Under the pieces are notes generated by a model. It did not search any database, was not told the origin of the DNA, and was given only the letters and a program-made list of their open reading frames with translations. The position numbers and the translations under genes were made by a program. A DNA stretch of 63,268 nt, filler included, from Sphacelaria rigidula (lineage: Eukaryota), in the NCBI GenBank assembly GCA_964200075.2. It is 8 parts of 8 records of this genome, joined end to end, with 100 filler letters (N's around TTAATTAATTAA, not from the genome) between each part and the next. Parts side by side here need not be neighbours in the genome. Positions count along the whole stretch, not along the records: positions 23,768 to 31,589 come from CAXNAA020013354.1; positions 31,690 to 39,510 come from CAXNAA020013355.1; 6 more parts are not named here. One strand, given 5' to 3'. Each line of letters starts with the position of its first letter. The first letter of the stretch is position 1. Positions 24,041-36,739 of this stretch are shown in pieces.

Positions 24041-27000
24041 CATCTCCATATGCTGCCAGCCTTGGCTTCTTTGTTCCTATTCTCTGCTCCTCAAGGAGAG
24101 TCTCTGCTACTGCATGCTACAGATTAATTATTTTCGAATCGCTCACCGCTGTGAATGGGATTTCAATGTTATCTAAGCCTCGTAGCCCCTCGATATGAGG
24201 GGTCATATTTTTGCAACTATCCACATTTTTGAAGGGAAAATGAGCCAAATACCGCAATTTCTCTTTCCTCCAGCGGCGCTCCCGCGAGGCTCCCTCACCA
24301 ACCAGGGGCGGCGTTGAGGCTCGCGGCTTCGCTGTTCGCCGTCGATGTTTTTCCAGTTGATCGGCTGCGCCAATTAATTGGAAAAACATCGATGTACCGG
24401 CCGCTGGCGCGGACAGCTGAAACATAACGCCCTGAGCTACCTGTTCACAGCCCAAGTTTTACCTTTTCGTTGCACTAGAGCAGAAAAGCTGTGTATTTAG
24501 CACCCGGCATGGTCAGTAACGCCCCCTGATAAAGGGAGTCTTTTCTGCGGATCACCCCGACAACATCAACTTGGGAGTTGTGCTCTTTTTTCGACATCTA
24601 CCGACTCTAGCAATTTCGAGTACTAATGAAGAATAGTGTGCTGGAAAATTCTAATAAAAGCCGAGTACGAAAATTGCCCCAACTGTGAGATGTGCATAGT
24701 ACAAGGGAGTGAACCATTTCTACTTATTCTCTTGAACATCTGTACAAAACCAAGTAGTCGGATTTTCCCCTATTCATCTCGCTAGAGTCGAAAAACTGTG
24801 CTTTTTGGACCAACATTGATCAACAACAACCCCCTGCCAATTTTCGTGGTTGGCTATTTTGTGGAATTTCCTTGCATACTCTTCTTCGTTGGTAACCGCC
24901 GCGCCCCGGTGCTTTGATGGTCGGCCTGTCACCGTTAGGGTGGAGAGAATGTGGGTTCGTCCCGATGGGTTTTGTTTTTCTTCGAACTATCTGATTCCCA
25001 GCGTCGAACGCGGGAGTGTGAGTGGACAAAAAAAGTAATTGACTGAGTTTCCTTGACGAGAGTCGACGCGGTGCGGAAGTGCTGATCCAATCCGCGAGAC
25101 AAAAATGCAAAGCGTGTACCAGGGAGAGATGGTTTGATCCCTCATGACCACGGACTCGCCTCGAGGAAGGGTAGGGGTCCAAAGTGTGACAACAAACAAA
25201 CAAACAAACGCGAAAGTGCCAGAGTCGGTGGAGTGGGAAAAGAAGCAAGTCATGCTCAGAACACAAATCCCAAGTTGATGCTGCCAGGGCGACACGGAGT
25301 AATGATCCCATTTATCACGGGGTGAATTCACCATTGTTTTTTGGCTCTAGCGTAATGGATAAGTGAAAACAGTTTTTACATTTTTTCACCAGAACGATCG
25401 GGATTGATTCGATTAAGCGAAAATACCGAAGAGTCAGAACCTGGGGCTGCGCAGTCGCAGGATCCCCGAAGACCAGTCAGCCTGGAATATTGGTCACAGA
25501 TTTTTTCATGTAGAGTGTATACCAGTAGTCACTGAGTTCATAAGTACGGGTCATTATGTAACAACGAAAGTCAAATCAGTTTTTTTTCGCTTTGTTACAT
25601 TATCCTTGTACGGATTTCACTCGAAATTTTTGGTGGATACACCTGCGCTTCTCAAGCCTTATATGCCGCAAAGAGGTCAACAAAGTTCTACAGTTCGGGT
25701 ACTTGTCGTTCAGGCCTGGTTTGGGCTTCGTTTCCCTTCATTAGCTTGTTACAGCTCAGTATAGTACCAGCACACGAGCTAGAAAAATATATCCAGCCAG
25801 CATCGATAATATTTTCACAAACACTAAACCATGAACAAGCGTACGGTATACCTTCGAAAGGAGACGGCGCATTACGAGTATTAATAGCACACGGGGTTGC
25901 ATACGCGAGAGATATACATATTTACGTTAATTGCTGTCGTCTGTGTGTCCCGTGTGTAAAGTGCTGGGTTATCTTCGTCGCTGTATCTCTCAACAACGTT
26001 CCGTCGCGGTACTGATTGTATCTGTATCGCAAGATGCGCCAAGCGCAGCCGGGCGGTGGGCATCTCGTGGGTATTGTCTGTACGGCACCGATCAACACGA
26101 GTGATCCAGAATAGCAGCACGACAGCCAACAAAGGAAAGCGAGCAACATTGATACGGGTATCCTCGTAGCCCGTTTTTCGGGGTTGTTCCGTCCGGGCAG
26201 CATGAAAGAAAACACAACGACGACGACAGCACTACAGTATCTTGTCTCATGCCTCGTATCCATAGCCGTGCAGGATGCACGAGCAAGCTCAGTGCAAATG
26301 GAGACTGTAACGCCAACCCCGGCCACCGCAACCATACCGTGAGCACGGCGACGCTCAAAGCGAATGTTGGCTACACTAAACCGTATACTAAACTAGAGAG
26401 CATCGCTTGTGGGGCCGTCGTTGTCCTGGATATCATCTCACCACCCCACTGCACTGTACTATACTGCGGCTGCGAGGCCCAGAAGGCCAAGGAAAAATAT
26501 GTGACACAGTTTATACTCGTACTAAACTCAAGTTTGCGTTATATAATGCATTATCCATTGTACAGGGACTGGTTGAAAATTCAAATCAAACTACTTGAAA
26601 TTATTGGACGCGTTATATAATTTGACCGATACCAATGAAAGCATCATCTACCAATATCTCCCTTTCCTCCCAAAATAAAAAATTGGGATCAAACGTTCAC
26701 GATGATGAGCGGTGGCAAACGACATATCTTTGAAAAACCGCCAACTACGGAAACATTACAAACATCGCCCGTCACAACAAAAGGTACTGCACTGACTGTA
26801 CATACAGAGGCAAATCCACATAGAGCTGGTGCTTACGACACTTTGATACCCATATCAAGCGTGCGTTACCAATGATGCATGCACTGTAGCACTTCGTAAT
26901 AGGTCACACTCTACGCTCCGCGAACCAGCGAGTGGGATATCTGCCGTAGCTGGGAAGAAACTATTCCGAAATATGCCACGAATATAGAACCCTATACAGT

Positions 27001-30000
27001 ACCACACCGCACGGTACGCCCTGGAGTTATTCTTATCGACTCCATTACAATTGTGGTAATATACACTCAGTCAGAGAGTAGTCAAGAAACGCAGTTGCTA
27101 TTCATAGTTCCACGACACTTCCGGTGATGTAACTTGATACGATGTATCTACCCCGCAGCGGCGTAACTCACCGCTCCTCCAGCCACAACAAACTTCGTGC
27201 TCTAACAACGTAAACACGCCAAGATAGCTGCAAAATTTCTAGTATGTTTTGACGATGTTCTCACCACAAAAACATATCGCGGCAAGTCTTCCATATCCAT
27301 TGCTGGCCCTCGAGGTCATCGTGTTGATGGTCAACTATCCTGCTACGCTGCGCATTCGGTTGGATGCAATACATCAGGAGGCATCATATATAATACTTTT
27401 TCAATGTCACATAGTATGACATCATCTTGGTCTGATCCGTCATTCACGGGAGCGCTTATTCTTCGTGTCGCCATTGTGGGGAGAGTGTCGTCCTCGAAAG
27501 GTACCTCGAAAGGCACATGCGGCAGTCTATCCTTCTATATGCAGCATATTGAAATCATCGCCCGCAAGGTGTAAGAATTCCATTGAGCGCTGTATACCTC
27601 CGATTGCGGTTAGTGTAATTATTCTGGTATTCAAGAGTTCCAATAGGTTATTACGCCGCATATTTGATGCTGAGGTGCTGCATGCTCCATGTATACTTGC
27701 AAGCGGCTGGGCGAGAACGCTACAGAGTTCAAGTATTCCTCCGTTGATGGTGGTGCTAGTGGTGCTATTCGCAGTGGAAACAATGCCAATGGGGGAATGT
27801 GGACGAGAGCTGTGACAACTGCGGCTGGAGCTAGCTTGTTCTTACAGGTGCTGTACTCTCGGTGCTGACTGCACCCTCCGAGAAGTTGGATCGCCGTATG
27901 ACGGTGGTACAGCGAGGGAGCAAATGATTTCGTGCAGTGCATGCAAAGCACAGTACAGCATCATGGTGTCGAGATTCGCTATGATTGCCTGCTATACACC
28001 GACTGTGCCACTACGGTCATGTTTGAAGCGTACGGTTGGCGACGGGGGATAACACCCCCTGGTGGTCAATGCTGCAAGCCAACTTTTCACGCAGAATATT
28101 CGGCAGCCCCCAGAGTTCCCGCCGATCGCAAGATCTTGACCACATTTTTCTGTAACAGTACGAATCGTTTGTTGTGTAACTCTCTCCGCTGATGGGGGCG
28201 AAAATCGGAGTTATGTAAATATATCACCCCGGGCTGCACACACCACCGACGGTTTGGTTCTTGAGTCGGGTTGAACCCACCGACAAGGAGAAAATACCGA
28301 AATACCCCTCGTTTCTCATCCGTTTAATGCACCTACATAGGTCGACGACTTACACGAGAGTACTTAGGACTTGAAGTCGTCGTGCTACAAATACACGCGT
28401 TGGCTTGGAGCGTCGATTCGAGTGGGTGAAATCTGATTTGCAACAGAATGTCGGGCTTGCCTCGTGCATGGTCTGGGTTGTAATCCATGTTCTAGGAGTC
28501 GGTCGACGGATAAGAGTGAGACCTTCAGTATATCTCCAGACTAGACTCTTGCTTCTCAACACCCGGTCGTACAGAGTACAGTACGAGGTCATCCGACAAG
28601 GATTCTATTCCTTGGGACGGTTCAACCCATAGCGAAAACTAGGCCCAATCAGGCCGGCCCTAGTGATTTGTTGTGACTCGAGACCCCATTGATCTTGGGG
28701 TTCTTGTTCAACCCTTAAGCAACCGTCACGCCACCTGCTGAGCACGTTGCTTCCCCCGGCTGCTCATCTTGGGGGAGTGTACTAGACGAAGACATTGCTG
28801 TTTCAGTTGATTTTCGTGTGCGTGCCTAGCCCTTGCTGGGGCTGGTGTACCTGTTTCTCTGTGTTTTGACTGCCCCTCACCGAAATTCTCCGACGAGGTT
28901 CCAGTTTGAGTCCGGGGATCGCGGTGTCCTCTGCCGTACTAAAATCAAGCAATCAACCCTATACTCTACTTGGCTTACAACGTAGTCCAAAGAACCGCGC
29001 ATATTTCTACAATCATGCGCAGTTATGTAAACGTTTTGGGCGCCCTTCCCGGAGTCTTTGTTCATCCATAAATGCTTCTTTTCGATTGCTCCAGATCCGT
29101 CGCTATATCATCTGTCGATGTGATTGGTTCGCAGTTCGCACAGTGAAAAAGAGAAAATTCTAAACAACCGTACACTCCTGTGCGACTGTTTGCGCTGCGG
29201 TTGCTAAACGATCAACTGCGTGGTATATCTGTGTCGTGTTGTGCCACCTACGATGTTTAGGCATGCGAGTATAATAGCTTTCGGCATGTTGGTGCGTACA
29301 TCCATTGCACAAGTATTCGTTCTGGGGGTTGAAGGTGTGCAGTCGCTTCGCAAACCCCCAGCTTTCAGATTCCGCAGAAAAAAATGACTTTGCACTTGAG
29401 TCGGGATTGCGTTGCGTGGATGGTACACGAGACTTTCTCTTCACCACAACTTCCGATGGTGTGTTTGACACATCCCCGAAACTCTTGTCATTGAGCAAAC
29501 CGCAAAACTCACATGCCACCGTTGTACTTCGCTCCTGACCCTTTTCCTGCTTTCGTCAGTCCCTCGCTTCAAGAGGATCTACGTGTACCGGTGCACTGGG
29601 ACTGGCGCTCGTGTTGGGGTGCTTGCTGTGGTCCGTGGGTTGCCGATCTAAGGTCCGAGAAGGTGCGGCAGTCGCATTCATGGCGTGGCTACTGACTGCA
29701 GTGTGGGTGCCTCCCCGTGCCCTTGACATAACGCATATGAATGTGTATGATACGATTTGGACACGACGGTTAAGGTACTAGAATTGTTCGGGTACAAGGC
29801 GTGCTGCTTTTACACATGTAAAGGCCAGCTGCGTCTTGAGGGACTCACGTTTGTTAAGCATGAGCTGTTGTTATCTTGCCATAGATTTTACTCGGCACCT
29901 CCTCGTGAGCGCATCTATTACGCGTGCAATGAATACATGCCATGATTTGAAGTAATTTTACCGTTGTTGCGTTCCACATTTGCTGGAATACACCATGCTT

Positions 30001-30686
30001 GCAGCCATTCCTCCACCCCTACCTCAAGTTTTCCTGGTAATTGCTCTTTAGCAGAATCTCTGCTGGTGGTACGTGAGCTTGGGGTGCAAGTGACGACAAA
30101 GTACGTCGATGGCCGCGAGAAGAGCACGGTGAGGCAACCCTCGACACGCGTTTGTTTCTTCCAGTTTGACGCAGTTGCCTCCCATAAGTATCTCTGTGCT
30201 TTAATCTAATCCACTCCAATCTACTCAGATGCCATAAACCTGTGTGCTATGTTGCCAAGAGGGTCTACCTATTACCAAAAGCCCCCCCTTGGAATTGGTC
30301 AGCTATCAGTTCAAAATGATTGTTCGGAACTTTGCCGTTCTGTCGGATTTCAGTTTTCTGTGCAGTGAATCATATTCACCGTGGGTTTTGGAGCACAGCG
30401 TGTTACGATCATCGCATGTAGCATAAAACATCTTGAAAAAGTATGTCTATATAATGCATGGGAGCAGTGACATGAAGCCTTCCGCAACCAATGTGCAGAC
30501 AGGCGTACATGCATGTAATCTTGTCTGAAAACTCATTTTTGTTGACGGGGGCTGAACCAATTATATGAGCAGGTAGCATATCGACCAATTCGAACTACGA
30601 AGACGGCAATGGATGAAACGTGCGCGAGAAAGAGCGTGCCGAAAAAAACTGCAGATGTTCGTTACCGTGCACCCATGTACGGTTAA

Positions 30687-30783
30687 CCCTTTGACCGCAA
30701 CAGTAGGCGATCTGGTCATGCATTCATTTTTTAAGTGAAGTTGATGCTAACTCGACAGATGATCTCTGCCCGAGGTCGAAGAG
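30687..30783. mobile_element. 97-bp piggyBac-type MITE (TTAA TSD), diverged copy
   Basis: TTAA|CCCTTTGACCGC...GAGGTCGAAGAG|TTAA. Same length and a similar core to 43474-43570. Confidence 0.6.
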
Positions 30784-31699
30784 TTAAGAGCACATTGGTT
30801 GCTAGACCAGAACATTTTTCTGGTGAGTTACGTGATTTTGAATATAATGCGGCACATGAAATCACCGGCTCAACTTGCGCCCCCTAGGAGGGACATCGCT
30901 ACACATGAGCGCACGTAACAACCAGAGAAAAAAGCACATCAGCCCGAGGAAGTTCTAGGCAAGCACGCGAAAACTGATCGATACAGCTACAACAAGGGCA
31001 CCCCCTACTTCGAGCAACCGGCAATGGCAGCGTATGAGGAGCGTGATACCCTTTACTCTCGTAGCGGTTGCGGGTAACTACCCTTGGCGTACGCGATAAT
31101 TCGCCTTTGCCATTCTCTAGCGGTATTCTGTATTTGTAAAGCCAAACAAGCAGGTGATCCCTTGGTGAGCATACATGACTATCTACGAGCAGCGTGTTTC
31201 GGCTGCCTTCCCAGGTCATCCCGGTCTGTACTGTCGACACATGACACGGGCGATAAGCACTGTGGTCGCAGACACGGCGCTTGTTTTGGACCACGAATTC
31301 TGAACACACGCCGTCACTATTGCTCAGGTATAACGCTGGGAGCCAAACTAGCCATACGAGATGGTGTGCGAACGCTGTATTATTCGCTCAATGTCCTGCC
31401 GATAGGTGGCGGGACTGTGCTTCTATTATTACTATTACTGCTGTACTGTACTGCACTGTCCTGTACTGTACTGGGCATCAATTCGAATATGTTGGTTGCT
31501 GGTGATACCCTATGACGTAGCTGTATACTTCCTCGGTCCCATAAGGAAAGTCCGTTATGGGCTTTTAATCGTTTGTGCATTCAAACTCTNNNNNNNNNNN
31601 NNNNNNNNNNNNNNNNNNNNNNNNNNNNNNNNNTTAATTAATTAANNNNNNNNNNNNNNNNNNNNNNNNNNNNNNNNNNNNNNNNNNNNGGTCTTATGG

Positions 31700-32270
31700 C
31701 TATGGCATGCATGATCATGAGTACACCCCCCCCCCACACACACACACACACAGGTTCGGCGTCGGTTGGTAAGGACGCTGTAAAACACGCCACTCACTGC
31801 GTAAACCAGGCAACCAGGTTACCGTCTTTATCCAGCTTGCGTTTTTTTTTGCGGTGACCCTGATGGTGGTCGAGCTTTTTCAGATTACTTGGGGTGGAAA
31901 ACACGAACTCCACGCGAAGGATATGATCGTACTGACGAAGGGTTGAAAACTGTGAGAAACTCGTGAAGCACTGTGTAACCCGTGGTTGTCTCTGAAAGTT
32001 ACGATTCTGTACGACCAGAAAATGAAGCAACTCATTCCAAGCTACCATCCGGATGCAAGATAACCGGCACGCTTCCAGCCAAATAATCTTAGCAGGATGC
32101 AGCTCACCCTTCACGTGACTCCCCGAACATATCACGGCGGTTTGCACTTGGTGATTGCGAGTTTGGTTCGGCGAAAACCCGGCGTGCTACCGCCCCCGCT
32201 TTTATAGACGCGAGGACGTTAATGGACTTTATGACTACAGCATGCAAGACCATTAGTATCCCCGACCCCC
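31700..32270. repeat. Intronic repeat, same family as the tandem units at 39640-40510
   Basis: Shared blocks include AAAACACGCCACTCACTGCGTA, GGATGCAGCTCACCCTT, CGAAAACCCGGCGTG and GCATGCAAGA. Confidence 0.8.
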
Positions 32271-32299
32271 CACCTCCCATCCCCATGAATCATCGTCAC

Positions 32300-32512
32300 C
32301 TGATGTGGCAACACAAACACGAGCACAGTAGCGCCGCGCGACGCTTCCTTGAGGTCACCGCACGCAACCACGTTCTCCGGGAGCTTGACACCGGGAAGAT
32401 ACTTGACGTTCTCGTGAACTTCGTTGATGACATCGGGCAGACACGCCTCCTTACCATTGTGACTTATTTTTTCTGGGAACACCCACTGTCGCACGGTTGT
32501 CTCGAATCCCTC
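32300..32512 (-). CDS. GPDH: NAD-dependent glycerol-3-phosphate dehydrogenase, second visible exon (gene continues beyond the contig)
   Basis: 71 codons [12 protein letters not shown]...[22 protein letters not shown]...VLVFVLPHQ, containing the GPD1-family ENVKYLPG motif. CAG acceptor and GT donor, both phase 0. Confidence 0.93.
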
Positions 32513-33410
32513 CTGCGGAGCATGAAGGAGGAGACAAAGCGCGCGGGAGAGAGAGAGGGGGGGCGAGAGCATTGACGGGATAAGGTTGTATCGTTTGAAA
32601 ACCCACCTCACCTCGACGGATGGCATCAGCCGTCGACCAAGAGCTTTCGAGCACAAGCATTCAATCTCGATTGCCAATTTTCGTTGGAGAATGAAATCTG
32701 TACCCGCCAATTCTCGCTTGGTTTCGACCATCGAGCCCCCCCTGGGGATAAGATGGCCTGACGGGGGCGCGCGCATTGTAGCCAAGTTCCATAATCTCGC
32801 TAGCTTTGCCATATAATACACGTAGCTGCTGCTGCACTTACCGACAAACTTCGTGCGCATTCAATGAAAAATGTCAAGGTTGTGTTAGGCGTAGAGAGGG
32901 TATACCCGAAAGTGCGGGATTTTTGGTTGGCACACGAAGCCACACGGAAATGTGAACCGAACATTCCGATATGGTTCGGCACGGTATCAAGCCCGGTTCC
33001 AAACACTCCGGCATCGTTCTGAAGGGCATTTACCCATACAATAAAAAACACCTCTCCAAAAAATCTCTCTGAACACCCAAATTTCTGCCGGTATATTTTC
33101 TTCAGAACACAAAACATCGGAAAATTGACATCGCGTTCTGACACGCATCCCGCACCAAATCACTGTACCTCATGGGCCATGGAAACGATAGCATGAGTGA
33201 CCGCTAGACGTTACAAACGATGGTGACAGCCACGGTGCAAAGCTCGCAGTAAGCACCACACCATTCGGAAGTTCGCTTCTCGTGTCATGTTTTTTAGCCA
33301 TGTGTATACACAGACAAACCCATCTCCACCCTTTTGCCGATACCTCTTTTCTCCGTTCGGATGTTTCGTCTGATTCTGTCTGAACACCATCCTCTTCTCT
33401 CTTCATTCAC

Positions 33411-33602
33411 CTGTTCCCTGACGTTGCGTCCGATGATCCTGGAGACCGCGCTGCCCCAGTTGCCGCTCCCCACGATCGTCACGCGTTCGGGTGGTGCGGT
33501 CGCCGCACCGCCACCAGCGGCACCGTCATTTGGAGTAGAGGAAGTCGTGCGTTGGACCAGGTCTGCATCCAGCAGGCTCTCGCAGCTCGTCGCATATCCC
33601 AT
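33411..33602 (-). CDS. GPDH: NAD-dependent glycerol-3-phosphate dehydrogenase, first visible exon
   Basis: Rossmann motif RVTIVGSGNWGSAVSRIIGRN with a phase-0 donor CAG|GTGAA. A CAG 6 nt upstream of the ATG could be an acceptor, so further 5' exons are possible. Confidence 0.9.
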
Positions 33603-34074
33603 GGAAGACTGTCGAGATACATAAGATTGGAGAACTTTGCCGTGTTATTATAGCTCTACAGCTTTTCATGACATCCCCATCACATGGTCATTACTCAAAA
33701 CAACGAGACAAAATTCAATAAATCACGGGGGGGGGAAATCTCATTATCTATATCTGCGCCAAGGTGGGTTACGGAGCAAGAGACTGGCCAGTGGTTAGGC
33801 TGGAGATCACGACGGTGCCATAGAACGCAATCTCAACGCTTCTGCGCCCAGCAGCAATTGTGTACCGTACCGCTGTGAATTGTGCTCTACTCTCCGTGAC
33901 ACGTCGCATGCATGCATGCATCGTTTACCATCAAATAATCGCATAGTATCTCCATTTGAACAGCATCGCACGTGGGACACGGTCAATGGGTGATCGAACT
34001 GGCTGCTGTTGTGGATGTTCACGCACAGCACAGTTTGGGGTGCGAAAAATTGCTCACAAAACATATAGGAAAAA

Positions 34075-34110
<36 letters not shown>

Positions 34111-35883
34111 GGCTCTTCCTGATGGAAATATCAAGCTAGCCAGTCAGAGACAGAGGATTCGTCCGGTCGGGGGTAAACCTTTAGGCCCAAGTTGCCCACC
34201 CTTGCGGTCACAGGGTTACAAGCACTTACTTGAACACAGAGGTACCAGCCGACGCTGTGTCACCGGTGTGGAAATGTAGCCCGCGTAATTTTGCGAGCGC
34301 AACACTGTACAATGCAGTACTGTTTCATCACAGTATTGTATTATCGTGCCCCCTCCCCCCCCCCTCCGTGCTCATTCCCTTCCTCAATGAGTATCACCCA
34401 CAGTCACATTACACCAAAAGTCTGCGGGGAGCGACCCCTCCCTGCCTATAACCCAAAATAACGCAAGCATTCGACCGGCAGCGTGGGGCACCTGGGGACT
34501 TGCACTCATTTATCAAGTGAAATGGATGACAATGCAGCCTCTGATGTATCCGCAGGGGTGACTTGATATGATATCCCAATCAACAACTTCAGTTTCTGTC
34601 GCAGCGGATGGATGCTGTACAGACGAGACGACCAACACGGCGGCAATACAAATTGCATACGTATATCGACCGTGCTTTCTCTGCATTATTACGAACACAG
34701 TCACGCACCCCCCTTCTTTCTGAGTGAATTCATACTTCCATTATTGTTGCGATTTGCTCGTCGTTTTCTACGGTGTTTTTTTTTTTTCCTCCATCGCACG
34801 CGTTACTTGCTGCATCGTCACGCAGGTATTGTACACGACATTTCTTTTGCTCATGTCACCCCTGTACTTCCCATTTGGCGGCACACGTTTTGCTGCCACC
34901 TACTTCTCGCGCGCCGACACGTTTTGCTGCCACCTACTTCTCGCGCGCCGCGGCCCAGTTTCTCCAGCATCGTCCCGCACCGTCTTTTCCAACAAAACCG
35001 ATTCCAACAGAGCACACACCTTTCTTGTTTCCTCGAAGTTTTTTCTTCCATCTATTTCGCACACCGTGGGACCCGCCCGAAATTTTCCTGATGTGGTCAC
35101 GTGTACCGTTTCTAATTTTGCGGGCGAAACCACCGTAAAATTTGCGCGTATTGTCCGCCTTGGTACTTCACTAGCGTTTAAGCGTCGTCTTATACTCCCT
35201 TTCTGCATGACTATGGCACAACCCGGTGGCACCACTTCTCTTCCCACCTCCCACCATCTGCGAGCCTGTAAACGGACTACACCCTGGACAATACAAAATG
35301 TAATATATATATATATATATATATAAATATCCCGCTCAATATGTCGACGCGTCGGGTGGTCAACATATATTGGGCGAGCAGTATGATGGCACGAGAGAGG
35401 GTCAACACAGATTGTGCCATCAACATGTCAAGTCTCGCGACATGCTATATACATCGTCGATCGAATATATCACAACCCGCGCCACCTCAATATACATTGG
35501 CCGAGTAACATGTTGGTGCGGTAAGGCACTAATATATATATATATATGTCGAGTGATATATTGGCTGCCAGACGAGGTCAATATATATTGATGATTCAAT
35601 ATACTCAACACCCGAAGCGCCAACATATATTGCCGCCCTCATATGCCGTGCGTCAATGCGTCCAATATATATTGGGCGGACAATGCACGAGGTAAAGGAC
35701 GGTCACAATACATATTGGAGTAATATATATATATATATATATATATACAGGGGGTTCGGCGGCTTCCGCCGCCACGCTCAATGAGATCGACAGCCAAGGT
35801 ACATGAGAACCGGTCATCGTTGCTCGCATTGCGTAACGGCACAGGTCATAGTTTTAAGTGGAGTATTTTCCGCTGTGTGCGTA

Positions 35884-36389
35884 CGAGCTGGGCCAGCCTA
35901 GAAACGGAATTAGGCTCCCAAAGAAACGCCGTATTAAACCAGTGAAGAATAAATAAATACCAACCTGACCCATTTTTTTGGTTCATTATCCCCTAGCGAG
36001 GTCCCACACAAAATTTCAATACACAAACACCAAACCTGGGCCGGTAAGTGGCCTGCAAAATACTGTTCCGAATTTACACCGACCCCGATACTAAATCGCT
36101 TATTCGCCGACCAATATTTTGAGTTGACCCGTGAAATTTGGTATGCACATGAAAAAAAATGACGCATGTATCCTAAGATTTTTTTCTTCCAATGAATTAA
36201 GGGCAATAATCAGTAAAAGGTAACAGTAAAATGTCCTCAACTCATTAAGAAAAAAAATGGGTACATCGTATTTTTTTTTATTTTTGTGCCCTGTTCATTG
36301 TCCATACCAAATTTCAGGGTCCATCTCAAAATATTGGCCGACGAATGGGCGTGCAAACGACAAATCCGCCTTTAGGCTGGCCCAGCTCG
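35884..36389. mobile_element. 506-bp Tc1/mariner-type MITE with TA TSD
   Basis: TA|CGAGCTGGGCCAGCCTA...TAGGCTGGCCCAGCTCG|TA. An empty homologous site with a single TA lies at 7762-7763. Confidence 0.92.
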
Positions 36390-36739
36390 TATGGTGACAG
36401 ATGCCCCGGGAGCAGGATACGAAGGAGAGGTTTATTGATGTATAATCGTACCTGCAGGAACGGGTAAACGACAACCTCCACCGTCGAAGAACACACACGG
36501 AGACACGCATTCACGTTCTCCACACACAGCAACGAATAGGAAACATCGTATACCGTCGACGAACACACACCCGGGGACACTGGTACCGATAGACAAAATA
36601 TTATTGCGCCGCCCAATCAGCCGATGACACAAAGACTTGTGACGGACACACGCCGGTGTTCGCAACCACGAGTCCAGCACTATTGCACCACAAAAACGCC
36701 CGTAACCGCAGTGACTATCGATATTCTTAATCCCACATC

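Noticed and set aside
28770..28880. GGGGGAG|TGT as the PPT and LTR start of a Copia element
   Set aside because: No second LTR or pol fragment was recognised on this contig; the motif alone is insufficient.
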